A stretch of DNA of 56,598 bases from an uncultured Candidatus Saccharibacteria bacterium (GCA_964603485.1 CAZRVE010000001.1:42342-98939); one strand, 5' to 3'; positions 36,963-46,979 are shown, counted from the stretch's first letter. Numbers and translations: made by a program. Notes: a model not told the origin generated them from the letters alone.

Positions 36963-37310
36963 CTACTCGTCCACTCTCGGTGGGGTAATATCTAATTCCC
37001 CGTTTTCAACCTGATTCTTCACACGCTCATACTCTGTCTCAAGATCAACATTTGAAATATCACCACTTTCAAACAAAGATTTTGTTGCTTCGTAGACACT
37101 TGCAACACCTGACCTTAGAGTTGAAATCGGAGTCTCTCCTTTTGGTTTAGTTGCCTCTTGCGCAACGTTTACGCTACGCATGTCTCCAGGAAGGATGACT
37201 GAAGCCCAGACCACAAAGATAAACGCGGTAAAAAATGCGGCCATACCAAAAGCATAGTGTCTTCGGTGATGTTCAGGCTTTTCTTTTAATCGGCTAATAA
37301 AATCGTTCAT
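36963..37310 (-). CDS. Hypothetical single-TM membrane protein
   Basis: 115 aa. One hydrophobic helix, acidic C-terminus. Confidence 0.4.
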   Translation of the reverse strand: MNDFISRLKEKPEHHRRHYAFGMAAFFTAFIFVVWASVILPGDMRSVNVAQEATKPKGETPISTLRSGVASVYEATKSLFESGDISNVDLETEYERVKNQVENGELDITPPRVDE

Positions 37311-37328
37311 ATAGTTACTATATCCTTA

Positions 37329-37970
37329 TTAGGAAGTTGCTTTCAATACCACAATATCCCCGTCTCGTCCTTCAAGGTCCTTCTTTTTAATGGTGAGCTT
37401 TTCTTCTGGTTTCGCCCCCTCTTCACCTCCTTCTTTAAGAAAAGCTTTGAGCGCAGTTTCAGAAATACCTTCCCCATAATGGAGAGGTATTACAATCTTT
37501 GGCTCTATCTTAAGAGAAGCCTTCACTGCCTCTGCTGGGGTTAACACACCTTCACTTCCTATTGGCACAAAAAGAATATCCACCTCGTCGAGGGCCTCTG
37601 CTGTTTCTGCATCGATCGCATCAAGAGAAGAAAGGGCTCCCAAGAAGCAAAGGTTCATATTCTCAAGATTCATAGAATATATAGTATTGATTTTTTCCTT
37701 TCCTCCATAAAGGGTTTTTGAAAGAAACCCTCGAATAAATACCCCGCCCACTTCATATTCACCAGGACCAGTGACCGCAAAAGGTTCTCTGTCACCGCGA
37801 GAAGCATTTTCAACGCCATTCATGTCGGGATGATTGGTAGATACGAGAGTGATATCAGCGCCATATTTTGACGACTTAAACTTTGAATCTTTTGAGACGG
37901 GGTTATAGGCAACAGTAATGTCGCCGAATTGAATCTTCACTGAATCAACACCCTGATACGAGATAATCAT
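37329..37970 (-). CDS. Metallo-beta-lactamase-fold hydrolase
   Basis: 213 aa with MBL-like His/Asp pattern (LVSTNHPDMNG...HYGE). Confidence 0.55.
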   Translation of the reverse strand: MIISYQGVDSVKIQFGDITVAYNPVSKDSKFKSSKYGADITLVSTNHPDMNGVENASRGDREPFAVTGPGEYEVGGVFIRGFLSKTLYGGKEKINTIYSMNLENMNLCFLGALSSLDAIDAETAEALDEVDILFVPIGSEGVLTPAEAVKASLKIEPKIVIPLHYGEGISETALKAFLKEGGEEGAKPEEKLTIKKKDLEGRDGDIVVLKATS

Positions 37971-38095
37971 TGTGCCTCAAGTATATCACTTTTTACCAAA
38001 TCGCATAGACCCGTAAAATCAAGCGAGACAATCAAATAAACCCTTATTTATAGCCATAAAATAAACCATCTTATAAAAAAACCTAGAAAATATAT

Positions 38096-38123
38096 TGACA
38101 AATATCTTGAACGTGATATAATA
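38096..38123 (+). promoter_or_regulatory. Near-consensus sigma70 promoter with extended -10
   Basis: TTGACA-N16-TGaTATAAT read directly. Divergent from the MBL-fold gene. Confidence 0.55.
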
Positions 38124-38129
38124 GTAAAA

Positions 38130-38810
38130 GATTGAATTTTGTAATTCTCTGTTGTCCTGCCTGAGGGAGCGTCCCTAGGCGGGAACGCTGCGGACGAGAT
38201 GTTGCCAATGTGCCTTCTCGCTCGCGAACTCGTCAACCAGACACCAGTTCCGACAAGGAGCGGACTTATGTGGAAACTCGTCGAACGTTGATTTCCCCTT
38301 TGCCTAACGGGTACTCGGGGACGTGTCAGAAAACCCGGTAGAGAAATGCCTCACGGCCGCACCCTATGGCCCACAAACTGTGGAGCCACGGAACGGTAGG
38401 GCCGTTCGCAAATCTCAAAGAGAGCTCGCGCTCTCTGGCGTTACGACACGAGCGCCACATCAGACGATTTCACACAAAGAGTTCACAGAAGCGCCCGCTG
38501 TACCCGTCGTACACCGAAGGCCCGCACATCGACGCGCGAGCCTTCGGTGACGACACCCTTCGTTCAGAACTCATCGGAAAGAAGGAGGTTTCATGCCGCC
38601 GTAGCGAGGATTCACTCCCGCCCACACGCGAACAACTCCGACGACAGCTCAATCCTTCTGATCCAACCATGGAGGCACGCAACGTGACCCCGTTCACGTA
38701 GGTACTGCACCATAGGCATGGGCCAACGAGCCTCAGACACAGAGATTTAATCCGGGAGCAAGACTCCCACAGACCCCTCCCCGACACGTCGGGCGGGGGT
38801 CTTATTTTTT
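38130..38810 (+). ncRNA. Candidate large structured non-coding RNA (~680 nt, G+C-rich, ORF-poor), unassigned family
   Basis: Between strong promoter (38096-38123) and imperfect hairpin + T-run terminator (38772-38810). Many local hairpins (ccacaaactgtgg, gaacggtagggccgttc, gagagctcgcgctctc). Only low-complexity ORFs of 111 aa or less without SD. G+C far above flanking genes. Confidence 0.3.
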
Positions 38811-38956
38811 ATAGACATTTCCATAATTTTTATGTAGAATCCTTTCCGTCTTTGCTTGATTGCAGAGATTTTTAATTACCACCCGAAGAGCTAACCTTGC
38901 CCCTGAGACGTGTCTTCCCGAAAAAGCATAGAGCAAACCTCTCCGTAAGTAATCAA

Positions 38957-40087
38957 ATGTCAGAAGAAAAAGGTGTACCTCAAGATAAAAATCTTGAGAG
39001 TGAAGAAAAAAGTGCGAAGAAAGATAGTGTAATGGGTCGTCTCGTAAATGAGACCGCTACCCCTCCGTCACTCGAAGATCTTATAGAAGGACGCGTGATC
39101 GCAATTGATAAAGGTGCGGTCTATATCGACTTGCCTCCTTTCGGAACCGGTATTATCTACGGCCGAGAATATATCAATGCTCGTGACATCATCAAGAAAG
39201 TAAACATTGGTGACACGGTTGCAGGAAAAGTTATTGCGCTCGACAACAAAGAAGGCTACATCGAAGTTTCTTTGAAGGAAGCTCGCCAAGCACTCATTTG
39301 GGGCGAAGCGGAAGATGCAATCCGAGATAAAAAGACTTTCGACCTTGTGGTTGCTGATGCAAACAAAGGTGGTCTTATTCTTGCATGGCAAGGAATCCAA
39401 GGATTTCTCCCTGCTTCTCAACTTAAGCCCGAGCACTACCCTCGCATCTCTGATGGAGATAAAGATAAAATCCTCGAGGAGCTCCGCAAGCTTGTAGGAC
39501 AGCGTCTAGGAGTGATGATCATTGCGGCAATTCCTAAAGAAGGAAAGCTCATCTTCTCTGAAAAAGGAGAGATCTCTAAAGAAAAAGGAGAAATGGTTGA
39601 CCGCTACACTCTAGGTGATGAACTCCCAGGTGAAATCACTGGCATTGTAGACTTCGGTGTCTTCGTAAAGCTTGAAGAAGGCCTTGAAGGTCTCGTGCAT
39701 ATCTCAGAAATGGATTGGGGTCTCGTTGAAAACCCACGAACAATGTACAAAGTTGGGGATAAAGTTCGAGTAAAGGTAATTGATATTAAGGATGGAAAAG
39801 TTTCCCTCTCTATCAAGGCCCTTAAAGAAAATCCTTGGGTTGAAGCAGCAAGTAAATACAAGAAGGATGATCAGGTAAAGGGTGTGATCATTAAATTCAA
39901 CAAGCATGGCGCACTCGCTTCTATTGAAGAAGGAGTTGCGGGCCTAGTCCACATTTCTGAATTCGGAAGTGAGGAGAAACTCCGTGAGAAGCTTGAACTC
40001 GGCAAGACGTACGACTTCAAGATATCCCTCTTTGATCCTAAGGAGCAAAAGATGGCACTCACCTACGCAGACGGAGCAAAGAAATAA
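38957..40087 (+). CDS. rpsA: 30S ribosomal protein S1 (four S1 domains)
   Basis: Repeated S1 RNA-binding domain pattern (GRVIAIDKGAVYIDL..., GEITGIVDFGVFVKL..., VKGVIIKFNKHGALASI...). Confidence 0.8.
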   Translation: MSEEKGVPQDKNLESEEKSAKKDSVMGRLVNETATPPSLEDLIEGRVIAIDKGAVYIDLPPFGTGIIYGREYINARDIIKKVNIGDTVAGKVIALDNKEGYIEVSLKEARQALIWGEAEDAIRDKKTFDLVVADANKGGLILAWQGIQGFLPASQLKPEHYPRISDGDKDKILEELRKLVGQRLGVMIIAAIPKEGKLIFSEKGEISKEKGEMVDRYTLGDELPGEITGIVDFGVFVKLEEGLEGLVHISEMDWGLVENPRTMYKVGDKVRVKVIDIKDGKVSLSIKALKENPWVEAASKYKKDDQVKGVIIKFNKHGALASIEEGVAGLVHISEFGSEEKLREKLELGKTYDFKISLFDPKEQKMALTYADGAKK

Positions 40088-40205
40088 TTTTTCTTTCTCC
40101 TCGCACAACAAAAAACTCTTCCACGGATTGGAGGAGTTTTTTGTTGCAAAAGGACCTAAAAAGAGTAGTCTCTAGAAAGAAATCAACCCACTGAGAGGAG
40201 GAGGT

Positions 40206-40700
40206 ATGGGTCAGTCCAAGGGCGCTATCCCAAGACCGGTCGATAAGGAGGGATCACACCTCCACACGACGGAGTGGCAACAAAAGGATTTCCTTCTTTT
40301 CCTCCTGCTCAACTGGAACATAGAGAGGGTGTCCCGCGCACGCCTACAGGAAATTTGGGGATTCTTTCTCTACGCACTAAAGAAGAAAGGTGTCGAAGTG
40401 GAAGGGTTCTATAGAGATATTGTGACAGGCCGGTACCGAGCTCTTGAGAATGCAATCGGCCTCCTCTTCCAGTTCGGACTCATGGAGTCTCGATCACTAA
40501 GCCCTGGATACTTCTTCTTCAACAGCACACCCAGGGTTAAGCACACCTTACGCGAAGCCGCCTCTGACAAGCTCCTGCGAGCTATCGACGAAGTAGGACC
40601 CATCGTCCTTCGGCTCTACAAGAACGAAGTGTCTCTGAGAGAGGGTCTCTCAATACTCCGATCTCTGCGAGAAAACACTTCAAATAATATCCCCACCTAA
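40206..40700 (+). CDS. Hypothetical protein
   Basis: 164-aa ORF, no recognisable motif. Start uncertain. Confidence 0.3.
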   Translation: MGQSKGAIPRPVDKEGSHLHTTEWQQKDFLLFLLLNWNIERVSRARLQEIWGFFLYALKKKGVEVEGFYRDIVTGRYRALENAIGLLFQFGLMESRSLSPGYFFFNSTPRVKHTLREAASDKLLRAIDEVGPIVLRLYKNEVSLREGLSILRSLRENTSNNIPT

Positions 40701-40718
40701 TGGGGATATTTTTATTTC

Positions 40719-41060
40719 TTATAGAATATCAAGCATTTCAAGCATATCTTCTTTTTCTTTAGAAGGAATATTTACATCAACGGTCGGATATTTCTGTTGC
40801 ATCTCTTGAGCGTGAGCAGCAGCTCTCTTTAGCTTGTTTTGCATTTTGTCAGACTCTTCTCTAGAAATTTCGCCCTCTTCTTCTGCCATCTCAAGGAAAG
40901 CACTCATTGCAGTAAGGCGAGAAATGACACAGTTTGGCCAGGTATTTTGAACTCCCCTATTAAATTCCTCGTCAACATATTGACGGTAATTATCCACTTC
41001 ATCTTGAAGAAGACTCTTAGCACTCTCATATTTTTCTGCTCCAAAATCTATTCCTTCCAT
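40719..41060 (-). CDS. Hypothetical acidic protein, immediately downstream of pth
   Basis: Start taken at MEGIDFG (1 nt after pth stop). Acidic, helical-looking. Confidence 0.4.
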   Translation of the reverse strand: MEGIDFGAEKYESAKSLLQDEVDNYRQYVDEEFNRGVQNTWPNCVISRLTAMSAFLEMAEEEGEISREESDKMQNKLKRAAAHAQEMQQKYPTVDVNIPSKEKEDMLEMLDIL

Positions 41061-41061
41061 A

Positions 41062-41655
41062 TTAGTTACCGTTATACTCACCCATTGCACTCTGGGCTCC
41101 ATACAAAATAATAGTCTCAAGTGCTCCTGTTACTTTTTTTGAAACCTTTTTAACCTCATCCAACTCACTTGCCTTAAATGGACCCACAATAAAACGATCC
41201 ACCGCGTCTTCTCCCTTTGGTTTTTTAAGTTTTCCCGAGGGAGTAGTAGGACTTACTCCAATACGGATACGAATAAATCCTTCAGTTTTTAAATTTTTTA
41301 CAATAGAAAGCACCCCTCGATGTCCCCCTGTGCCACGATTCCAAGAAATTTTTATTTTTCCAAGGGGTAGATCGAGGTCGTCGTGCACCACAATAAGTTG
41401 CTCTGCCTTTTTCTTACTTTTTACAATAGACGCCACGCTTACCCCCGACTTATTCATGAAAGTCTCTGGTAAAAAGATACCGACCTCCTGCTTGCCCAGC
41501 TTTCCTAAAGAGAAAAGAGCCTGATATTTCTTTACCAACACAGGCACATCAAAATCAAACGCTTTTACAAAGGATTGGAGCGCAATCCTGCCTGCATTGT
41601 GCCGAGTATTCTTATATTCTTCGCCTGGATTTCCAAGACCTACAATTGTCCACAT
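41062..41655 (-). CDS. pth: Peptidyl-tRNA hydrolase
   Basis: MWTIVGLGNPG start, HNAGR, VVHDDLDLPLGKIK motifs. Confidence 0.85.
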   Translation of the reverse strand: MWTIVGLGNPGEEYKNTRHNAGRIALQSFVKAFDFDVPVLVKKYQALFSLGKLGKQEVGIFLPETFMNKSGVSVASIVKSKKKAEQLIVVHDDLDLPLGKIKISWNRGTGGHRGVLSIVKNLKTEGFIRIRIGVSPTTPSGKLKKPKGEDAVDRFIVGPFKASELDEVKKVSKKVTGALETIILYGAQSAMGEYNGN

Positions 41656-41835
41656 AATAACTATTTTATCACGAACAAAATATCGAGCGAGGGTTCTCCT
41701 TCTCAAACCTCGCGCAGTTCCAATCACATTGGAACGAGCGGAGTAAATCTTTAGTAAAAGATTATACGTGTTTGAGAAGCAGAACCCGAGTGAGCCCTTG
41801 TGTCAAAGGGGAGCTCCATACTACAATCTACGCAA

Positions 41836-42459
41836 ATGAATGAAGAATTTTCTCCACACGTAAAAGAAAGTACTGAAAAAGAAAATCTCTCGCAAAAAAA
41901 TGAGAAGAAAGAAAAAAGTTTTTTGCGAGAACTCGCAGAGTTTGCAGTCATCGCTTTTATAGTCGTCATTCCTTTCCGAATGTATGTTGCACAGCCATTC
42001 GTAGTAAATGGCGCCTCTATGGATCCTACTTTTGAAAATGGAGAGTACCTTATCGTTGACCAACTCACCTATCACTTCAAGAAACCCCAACGTGGATCAA
42101 TCCTCATATTTAAATACCCAAACGACACCTCAAAATACTTCATCAAGAGAGTTATTGGACTCCCAGGAGAAACTGTCCGTGGAAAAGAGGGTGCGATCAC
42201 TATCATCAATAAAGAAAATCCAGAAGGAATCACTCTTGAAGAGCCGTATATAAAACTTCAAAAAATGGATTCGTTTGAAACAAAACTTGGAAATCGGGAA
42301 TACTTTGTGATGGGAGATAACCGTTTAGGAAGCGCGGATTCACGTATGTGGGGAGCGCTTCCTGAAGAAGATGTGGTGGGACGTCCCATCCTCCGCCTCT
42401 TCCCTTTCTCTCGAATTAACATACTGCCTGGGGATTTTGAACTTTCTTCACAAATATGA
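41836..42459 (+). CDS. lepB: Signal peptidase I (S26)
   Basis: VNGASMDPTF (Ser box), KRVIGLPGE (Lys box), GDNRLGSADSR. Start could be GTG 41800. Confidence 0.8.
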   Translation: MNEEFSPHVKESTEKENLSQKNEKKEKSFLRELAEFAVIAFIVVIPFRMYVAQPFVVNGASMDPTFENGEYLIVDQLTYHFKKPQRGSILIFKYPNDTSKYFIKRVIGLPGETVRGKEGAITIINKENPEGITLEEPYIKLQKMDSFETKLGNREYFVMGDNRLGSADSRMWGALPEEDVVGRPILRLFPFSRINILPGDFELSSQI

Positions 42460-43661
42460 AGCAAGAACCGAAAGTTTCCTCCTCTGTAAAAAAAGCTAAA
42501 AGTAACACTTCACCGAAAAGTGTAGATCGCCATACGCTTGTTGCAGTTCATTATGGATTCTCTCCTATCGAACCACCGAAAATTACAAAAGAAGACGTGG
42601 CTAAATGGAAAGGATTTAAAGACCCATTCATTGACCAGACGATATCTCATAAAGAAAGCCCGTTTGGATTTGATGTCGCAGAAAAGTCTGCCATTCTCCG
42701 CACATACCTTGAGGATAAGTGGGACGCCCTTCCCCACCCAATGGCGTTTTGTTTCAAAAAACCCCTTCCAGGAAGCGATTGGAAGCGTCCACAAGACTTT
42801 CTCCTAGGACTTGAAATACTTGGATTTGGAGGAAGTACCGCAGAAGCACTCATTTTAAGGACTGCGCTCTCAATGCTTGAAGATGAAGGCTTCTCTGACT
42901 TGGAAATATCATGGAATAGCATCGGAGATAAGGACTCGGTTCAAGACTATGAACGCATGCTCGGCAACTATATAAGAAAAAATAGCCAATTAATGCCGGC
43001 AGAATTAAGAAAAGAAATCAAAGAGAGTGTATTTAATATTGCGCGCACAAAAGACTCCACTTTCGAAAAGTGGCGGATGGAGGCGCCAAAATCTATGAGC
43101 TTTCTTGGGGAAACTTCTCGTTGTCATGTAAAGGAAGTGCTCGAATACATTGAATCATTTGATATTCCATACAGCATCAACCCCGCGCTCATTGGATGCC
43201 CAGAGTTTACCTCCCATATCGTATTTGAAATCAGAAGTGGAGGAGAAATTCTCGCAAAGGGATACCGTTATGGAAGGCTTTCAAAGCGTTTCGGATTCAA
43301 AAAAGAACTTCCTGCAATTGGCGCAACTATTTCATTCAAGAAAAAAGAGAAGGATGAGCCATTAAAAAATATCCCGAAACCAAAGTTCTATTTGGTTCAA
43401 CTCGGATTTGGTGCAAAAATTCAAACTCTCAAAACCCTGGAAGTGTTAAGAAAGGCAAAGGTTGCAGTGGGCCACTCTCTCACTAAGGACAAGATGCAGA
43501 GTCAAATGGGTACCGCAGAAAACATGAAAGTCCCATATATGCTCCTCGTGGGGCAAAAAGAGGCCTTTGAGAAGAGTGTGGTCGTTCGAGATATGAACAC
43601 CAGAGTTCAGGAAACAGTGAGTCTTACCGACCTACCCCAGTACATAAAAAAGCTTCCTTAA
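42456..43661 (+). CDS. Histidyl-tRNA synthetase-like protein (HisRS/HisZ paralog) with class-II anticodon-binding domain; core motifs degenerate
   Basis: C-terminal YLVQLG...YMLLVGQKEAFEKSVVVRDMNTRVQETV typical of HGTP anticodon-binding domain. Motif-2 region reads FCFKKPLPGSDWKRPQDFLLGLEILG instead of FRYERPQxGRxRQFxQ. Confidence 0.5.
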   Translation: MKQEPKVSSSVKKAKSNTSPKSVDRHTLVAVHYGFSPIEPPKITKEDVAKWKGFKDPFIDQTISHKESPFGFDVAEKSAILRTYLEDKWDALPHPMAFCFKKPLPGSDWKRPQDFLLGLEILGFGGSTAEALILRTALSMLEDEGFSDLEISWNSIGDKDSVQDYERMLGNYIRKNSQLMPAELRKEIKESVFNIARTKDSTFEKWRMEAPKSMSFLGETSRCHVKEVLEYIESFDIPYSINPALIGCPEFTSHIVFEIRSGGEILAKGYRYGRLSKRFGFKKELPAIGATISFKKKEKDEPLKNIPKPKFYLVQLGFGAKIQTLKTLEVLRKAKVAVGHSLTKDKMQSQMGTAENMKVPYMLLVGQKEAFEKSVVVRDMNTRVQETVSLTDLPQYIKKLP

Positions 43662-43725
43662 GGCCCTATTTTGAGAGGAAAGTGGGTCTTGCCCTCTCAA
43701 ATTTGCTGTGCTAGTATACGACCTC

Positions 43726-43968
43726 ATGATAAACGTTGAAGTATCCAGAGGAAACAACGAAAATAGCCTGTCGCTTTTGCGACGCTTTACTAAGCGCGTG
43801 CAAGGGTCAGGCGTTTTGCCACGTCTCCGTTCTATCCGTTACTCAGAAAGGACTCTTTCTCCAAACGTAAAGAAAAAGAAGGCTCTAAAGCGCCTTGGAC
43901 GATACAACGAGATCCAGAACCTTATCCGACTCGGAAAACCCCTTCCTGAACGCCGACGTCGACGCTAA
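43726..43968 (+). CDS. rpsU: 30S ribosomal protein S21
   Basis: INVEVSRGNNENSLSLLRRFTKRVQGSGVL...RYSER... resembles S21 (V.V...E..d.ALRRFKR....GVL.E.R.R.YEKP). Confidence 0.6.
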   Translation: MINVEVSRGNNENSLSLLRRFTKRVQGSGVLPRLRSIRYSERTLSPNVKKKKALKRLGRYNEIQNLIRLGKPLPERRRRR

Positions 43969-44351
43969 TGCAAGATTTGGTATCAATTCGTAACACCACA
44001 AAAGGCAAGCTACCGCGCTTGCCTTTTGTCGAAATAAAAAACGAAATCCTAGGAAAAAAATATGAGCTTTCTATTGTATTTTGCAGTAATGGGCTCTCAA
44101 AAAAACTTAACCGTATATATCGAGGAAAAGATAGGCCCACAAACGTACTCTCATTTTCTTTAGAGAAAACTTCTGGAGAAATTATTATCGATCTCAAGAA
44201 GGCGCAAAAAGAATCTGCTCTTTTTGGAGAAAAATTTCCAAATTTTGTTGGATATCTCTTTATCCACGGATTACTTCATTTGAAAGGATTGTCTCATGGG
44301 CGTACAATGGAAGCTAAAGAACAAAAGATTCGGAAGATGTTTGATATTTAA
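43968..44351 (+). CDS. ybeY: rRNA maturation endoribonuclease YbeY
   Basis: DRPTNVLSFS and HGLLHLKGLSH metal-binding motif. Confidence 0.8.
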   Translation: MQDLVSIRNTTKGKLPRLPFVEIKNEILGKKYELSIVFCSNGLSKKLNRIYRGKDRPTNVLSFSLEKTSGEIIIDLKKAQKESALFGEKFPNFVGYLFIHGLLHLKGLSHGRTMEAKEQKIRKMFDI

Positions 44352-44418
44352 TCTCCTCTTTTAAAAAAAGATTGAGGAGGAGTTTCTTCCGCGCTACTGT
44401 CTTTGAAACTCTATACTC

Positions 44419-45606
44419 ATGGCACGAAATATCGCTGTTGGAATTGATATCGGAACATACCAGATAAAAGTCGTCGTGGCTGAGCAACTTCGCGACGGAG
44501 ATCGGGTACACCCTCGTATACTCGGCACAGGCTTCACGGAATCAAAAGGTCTCAGGCACGGCTATATCGTGAATATCGGTGAGGTAACCCGCGGTATTCG
44601 CATGGCACTTGCCCAGGCAGAAAAAACATCCGGCATACAAATCCGCAGAGCATATGTCTCTGTGGGCGGAATTGGCCTCTCTAGCATCATGTCTTCAGGA
44701 TTTACAATGACTTCTCGCGGGGACTCTGAAATATCAGAGCTCGACGTGCAAAAGGCGCTTGATGTTGCACGCGAAGAAATACCAAAAGCTCTCTCGCAAA
44801 ACCGCCGCATCATATACGAGATACCAGTAAAATATAAAGTGGAAGGAAAAGATGTCTTGGGAAATAATCCGCTAGGAATGAAGGGGGTGAAGCTTGAAGT
44901 AAAAGCGCTTTTCATTACCTGTCTTGAACACCACCTCAAAGACCTCGTGGAAGCCGTAGAGGAAGCGGGTGTTGACGTAGTAGACATTGTTGCAGCTCCC
45001 ATTGCCGCAAGCTTCGTGACCCTTTCCAAAGCTCAGCGTATTGCAGGATGCGTGCTTGCAAATATTGGGTCCGAAACCGTCTCAATTGTGGTGTTTGAGG
45101 ACAATAACCCTGTATCCCTTGAAGTATTCCCTATCGGATCAACCGACATTACAAACGACATTGCACTTGGACTAAGAATTCCTCTCGAAGAGGCGGAGAG
45201 TATAAAGCTTGGAAGCATTACGGCAGGAACATATCCAAAAAAGAAACTCGACGAAATCATTTCCGCACGACTCTCGGACATGTTTGAGCTTATTGATGCG
45301 CATCTCAAGAAAATCGGAAAGAACGGACTTCTCCCTGCAGGCATCGTGATTACTGGAGGTGGGTCAAGCCTTGCGTCTATTGAAGACTTTGCGAAATCTT
45401 CTTTGAAACTCCCTTCAAAAGTCGCCCACATCAACTTCCCAGAAAAAGAAAAAGGGAAAGTAAAAGATGCATTCTTTGCGGTAGCCCTTGGTCTTTGTAT
45501 GTGGGGATGGAGTGAAGATGAAAACTCTGCAGGAAAAGTAGTAATGAGAACTCCCCTCCGCGTCCTCCAAACTGCAAAAGATTGGCTTCGTCCCTTTTTG
45601 CCATAA
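44419..45606 (+). CDS. ftsA: Cell division protein FtsA
   Basis: Actin-like fold motifs (VGIDIGTYQIKVVV..., GGGSSL). Confidence 0.85.
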   Translation: MARNIAVGIDIGTYQIKVVVAEQLRDGDRVHPRILGTGFTESKGLRHGYIVNIGEVTRGIRMALAQAEKTSGIQIRRAYVSVGGIGLSSIMSSGFTMTSRGDSEISELDVQKALDVAREEIPKALSQNRRIIYEIPVKYKVEGKDVLGNNPLGMKGVKLEVKALFITCLEHHLKDLVEAVEEAGVDVVDIVAAPIAASFVTLSKAQRIAGCVLANIGSETVSIVVFEDNNPVSLEVFPIGSTDITNDIALGLRIPLEEAESIKLGSITAGTYPKKKLDEIISARLSDMFELIDAHLKKIGKNGLLPAGIVITGGGSSLASIEDFAKSSLKLPSKVAHINFPEKEKGKVKDAFFAVALGLCMWGWSEDENSAGKVVMRTPLRVLQTAKDWLRPFLP

Positions 45607-45707
45607 AGTAAAATTAACAAATAATTAGTGAGCTTCGTCAAGATGCTTTTCTTTTTATCCGGCTCTGTTATTATGGCCTTACTTATTAGTCGCAACCCTC
45701 ATAACCA

Positions 45708-46892
45708 ATGCCACAAATAAAGCCAGAAGTTGAAGCATTCGCAAGAATAAAGGTGGTCGGAGTTGGTGGATCCGGCAAAAACGTGGTGAACCATATGGTT
45801 AATTCCAAGGTTCGCGGGGTTGATTTTATTGCGGTAAATACAGACGCCCAGGACCTTCACCACTCTCTCGCAAAAAAGAAAATTCACATTGGAAAAAACC
45901 TCACCCGAGGACTCGGCACAGGAATGAATCCAGACCTCGGTCGTCGAGCAGCTGAAGAGACCAAGGAAGAAATTCAAGAAGCTTTGAAGGGTGCTGACAT
46001 GGTCTTTATTGCATGCGGAATGGGAGGAGGAACAGGAACTGGAGCAGCTCCTGCAATCGCTCACACTGCAAAGGAAGCGGGTTGTCTTACCGTTGCGGTA
46101 GTGACTAAGCCTTTCTTTTTCGAAGGGCTCCAGCGTATGAGAATTGCAGAACAAGGTATCGATGAACTTCGACAATGTGTCGACGCGATTATCATCATTC
46201 CAAACGATAGGCTCCTTGCAACAATCGATAAGGACACCTCAGCAAAGAATGCCTTTGCAATGTGTGATGACATCTTGCGCCGTGCCGTTGAAGGAATTTC
46301 TGACCTAGTGACTACTCCAGGGCTTATCAATATCGACTTCGCTGATATTCGTGCAGTTATGGAAAATGCTGGTCCTGCACTCATGGGAATTGGATACGGA
46401 TCTGGTGAAAAACGCGCTGAAGAAGCTGCACGACTCGCAATCAACTCCCCTCTCCTCGAGGTTTCTATTTCTGGAGCAAAGGGTGTTCTCTTCTCTATTG
46501 CTGGGAACGACGACCTTACTATGTTTGAAATTCAGGATGCAGCAAAAATCATCACCGAATCAGTTGATCCAAATGCAAAGATTATCTTTGGAACTGTTCG
46601 CGATGAAAAACTTAAAAAAGGCGAAATCAAGATTACTGTGATTGCTTCTGGTTTTCCAGAAACTCTAGTAAAGAAATCCCTTTTCCAAGATAATCCTGGA
46701 GAAGAAAAAAAGGGTAAAATCTATAACTCCATCCCAAGTTTCTCCTCTGCTCCAAAAGAAGTGAAAGTAGAAGAAAAGAAACCTGAAATACCTACTCACA
46801 CTCCACCTACACAACAACCTCCAGTTGATGACAGTGACGACGATGACTGGGGTGCGGTGCCCGCATTTCTAAGGAGATCTAAATTGAAATAA
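45708..46892 (+). CDS. ftsZ: Cell division GTPase FtsZ
   Basis: GGGTGTG tubulin signature, NTDAQ. Acidic C-terminal tail DDSDDDDWGAVPAFLRR. Confidence 0.9.
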   Translation: MPQIKPEVEAFARIKVVGVGGSGKNVVNHMVNSKVRGVDFIAVNTDAQDLHHSLAKKKIHIGKNLTRGLGTGMNPDLGRRAAEETKEEIQEALKGADMVFIACGMGGGTGTGAAPAIAHTAKEAGCLTVAVVTKPFFFEGLQRMRIAEQGIDELRQCVDAIIIIPNDRLLATIDKDTSAKNAFAMCDDILRRAVEGISDLVTTPGLINIDFADIRAVMENAGPALMGIGYGSGEKRAEEAARLAINSPLLEVSISGAKGVLFSIAGNDDLTMFEIQDAAKIITESVDPNAKIIFGTVRDEKLKKGEIKITVIASGFPETLVKKSLFQDNPGEEKKGKIYNSIPSFSSAPKEVKVEEKKPEIPTHTPPTQQPPVDDSDDDDWGAVPAFLRRSKLK

Positions 46893-46979
46893 TTCCTCAC
46901 AAAACCCCGAAAAAGGGGTTTTGTTTTTAACCACCCGTTCTGATATCCTTTACCTACTTATTATTGATTTTTTACCCTG

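Noticed and set aside
38366-38701. 111-aa ORF (and 75-aa and 105-aa ORFs) inside the G+C-rich 38.1-38.8 kb segment
   Set aside because: Basic, low-complexity translations with no SD. The region is better explained as a promoter-to-terminator non-coding transcript. Not fully excluded.
38130-38810. Identity as RNase P RNA, tmRNA or SRP RNA
   Set aside because: Scanned both strands by eye for P4 strands (GGAAAGUCCGG, CGGCUUA), a tmRNA tRNA-like 5'/3' end and T-loop, and the SRP helix-8 GGAA/AGCA motif. None found. Needs cmscan to be definitive.
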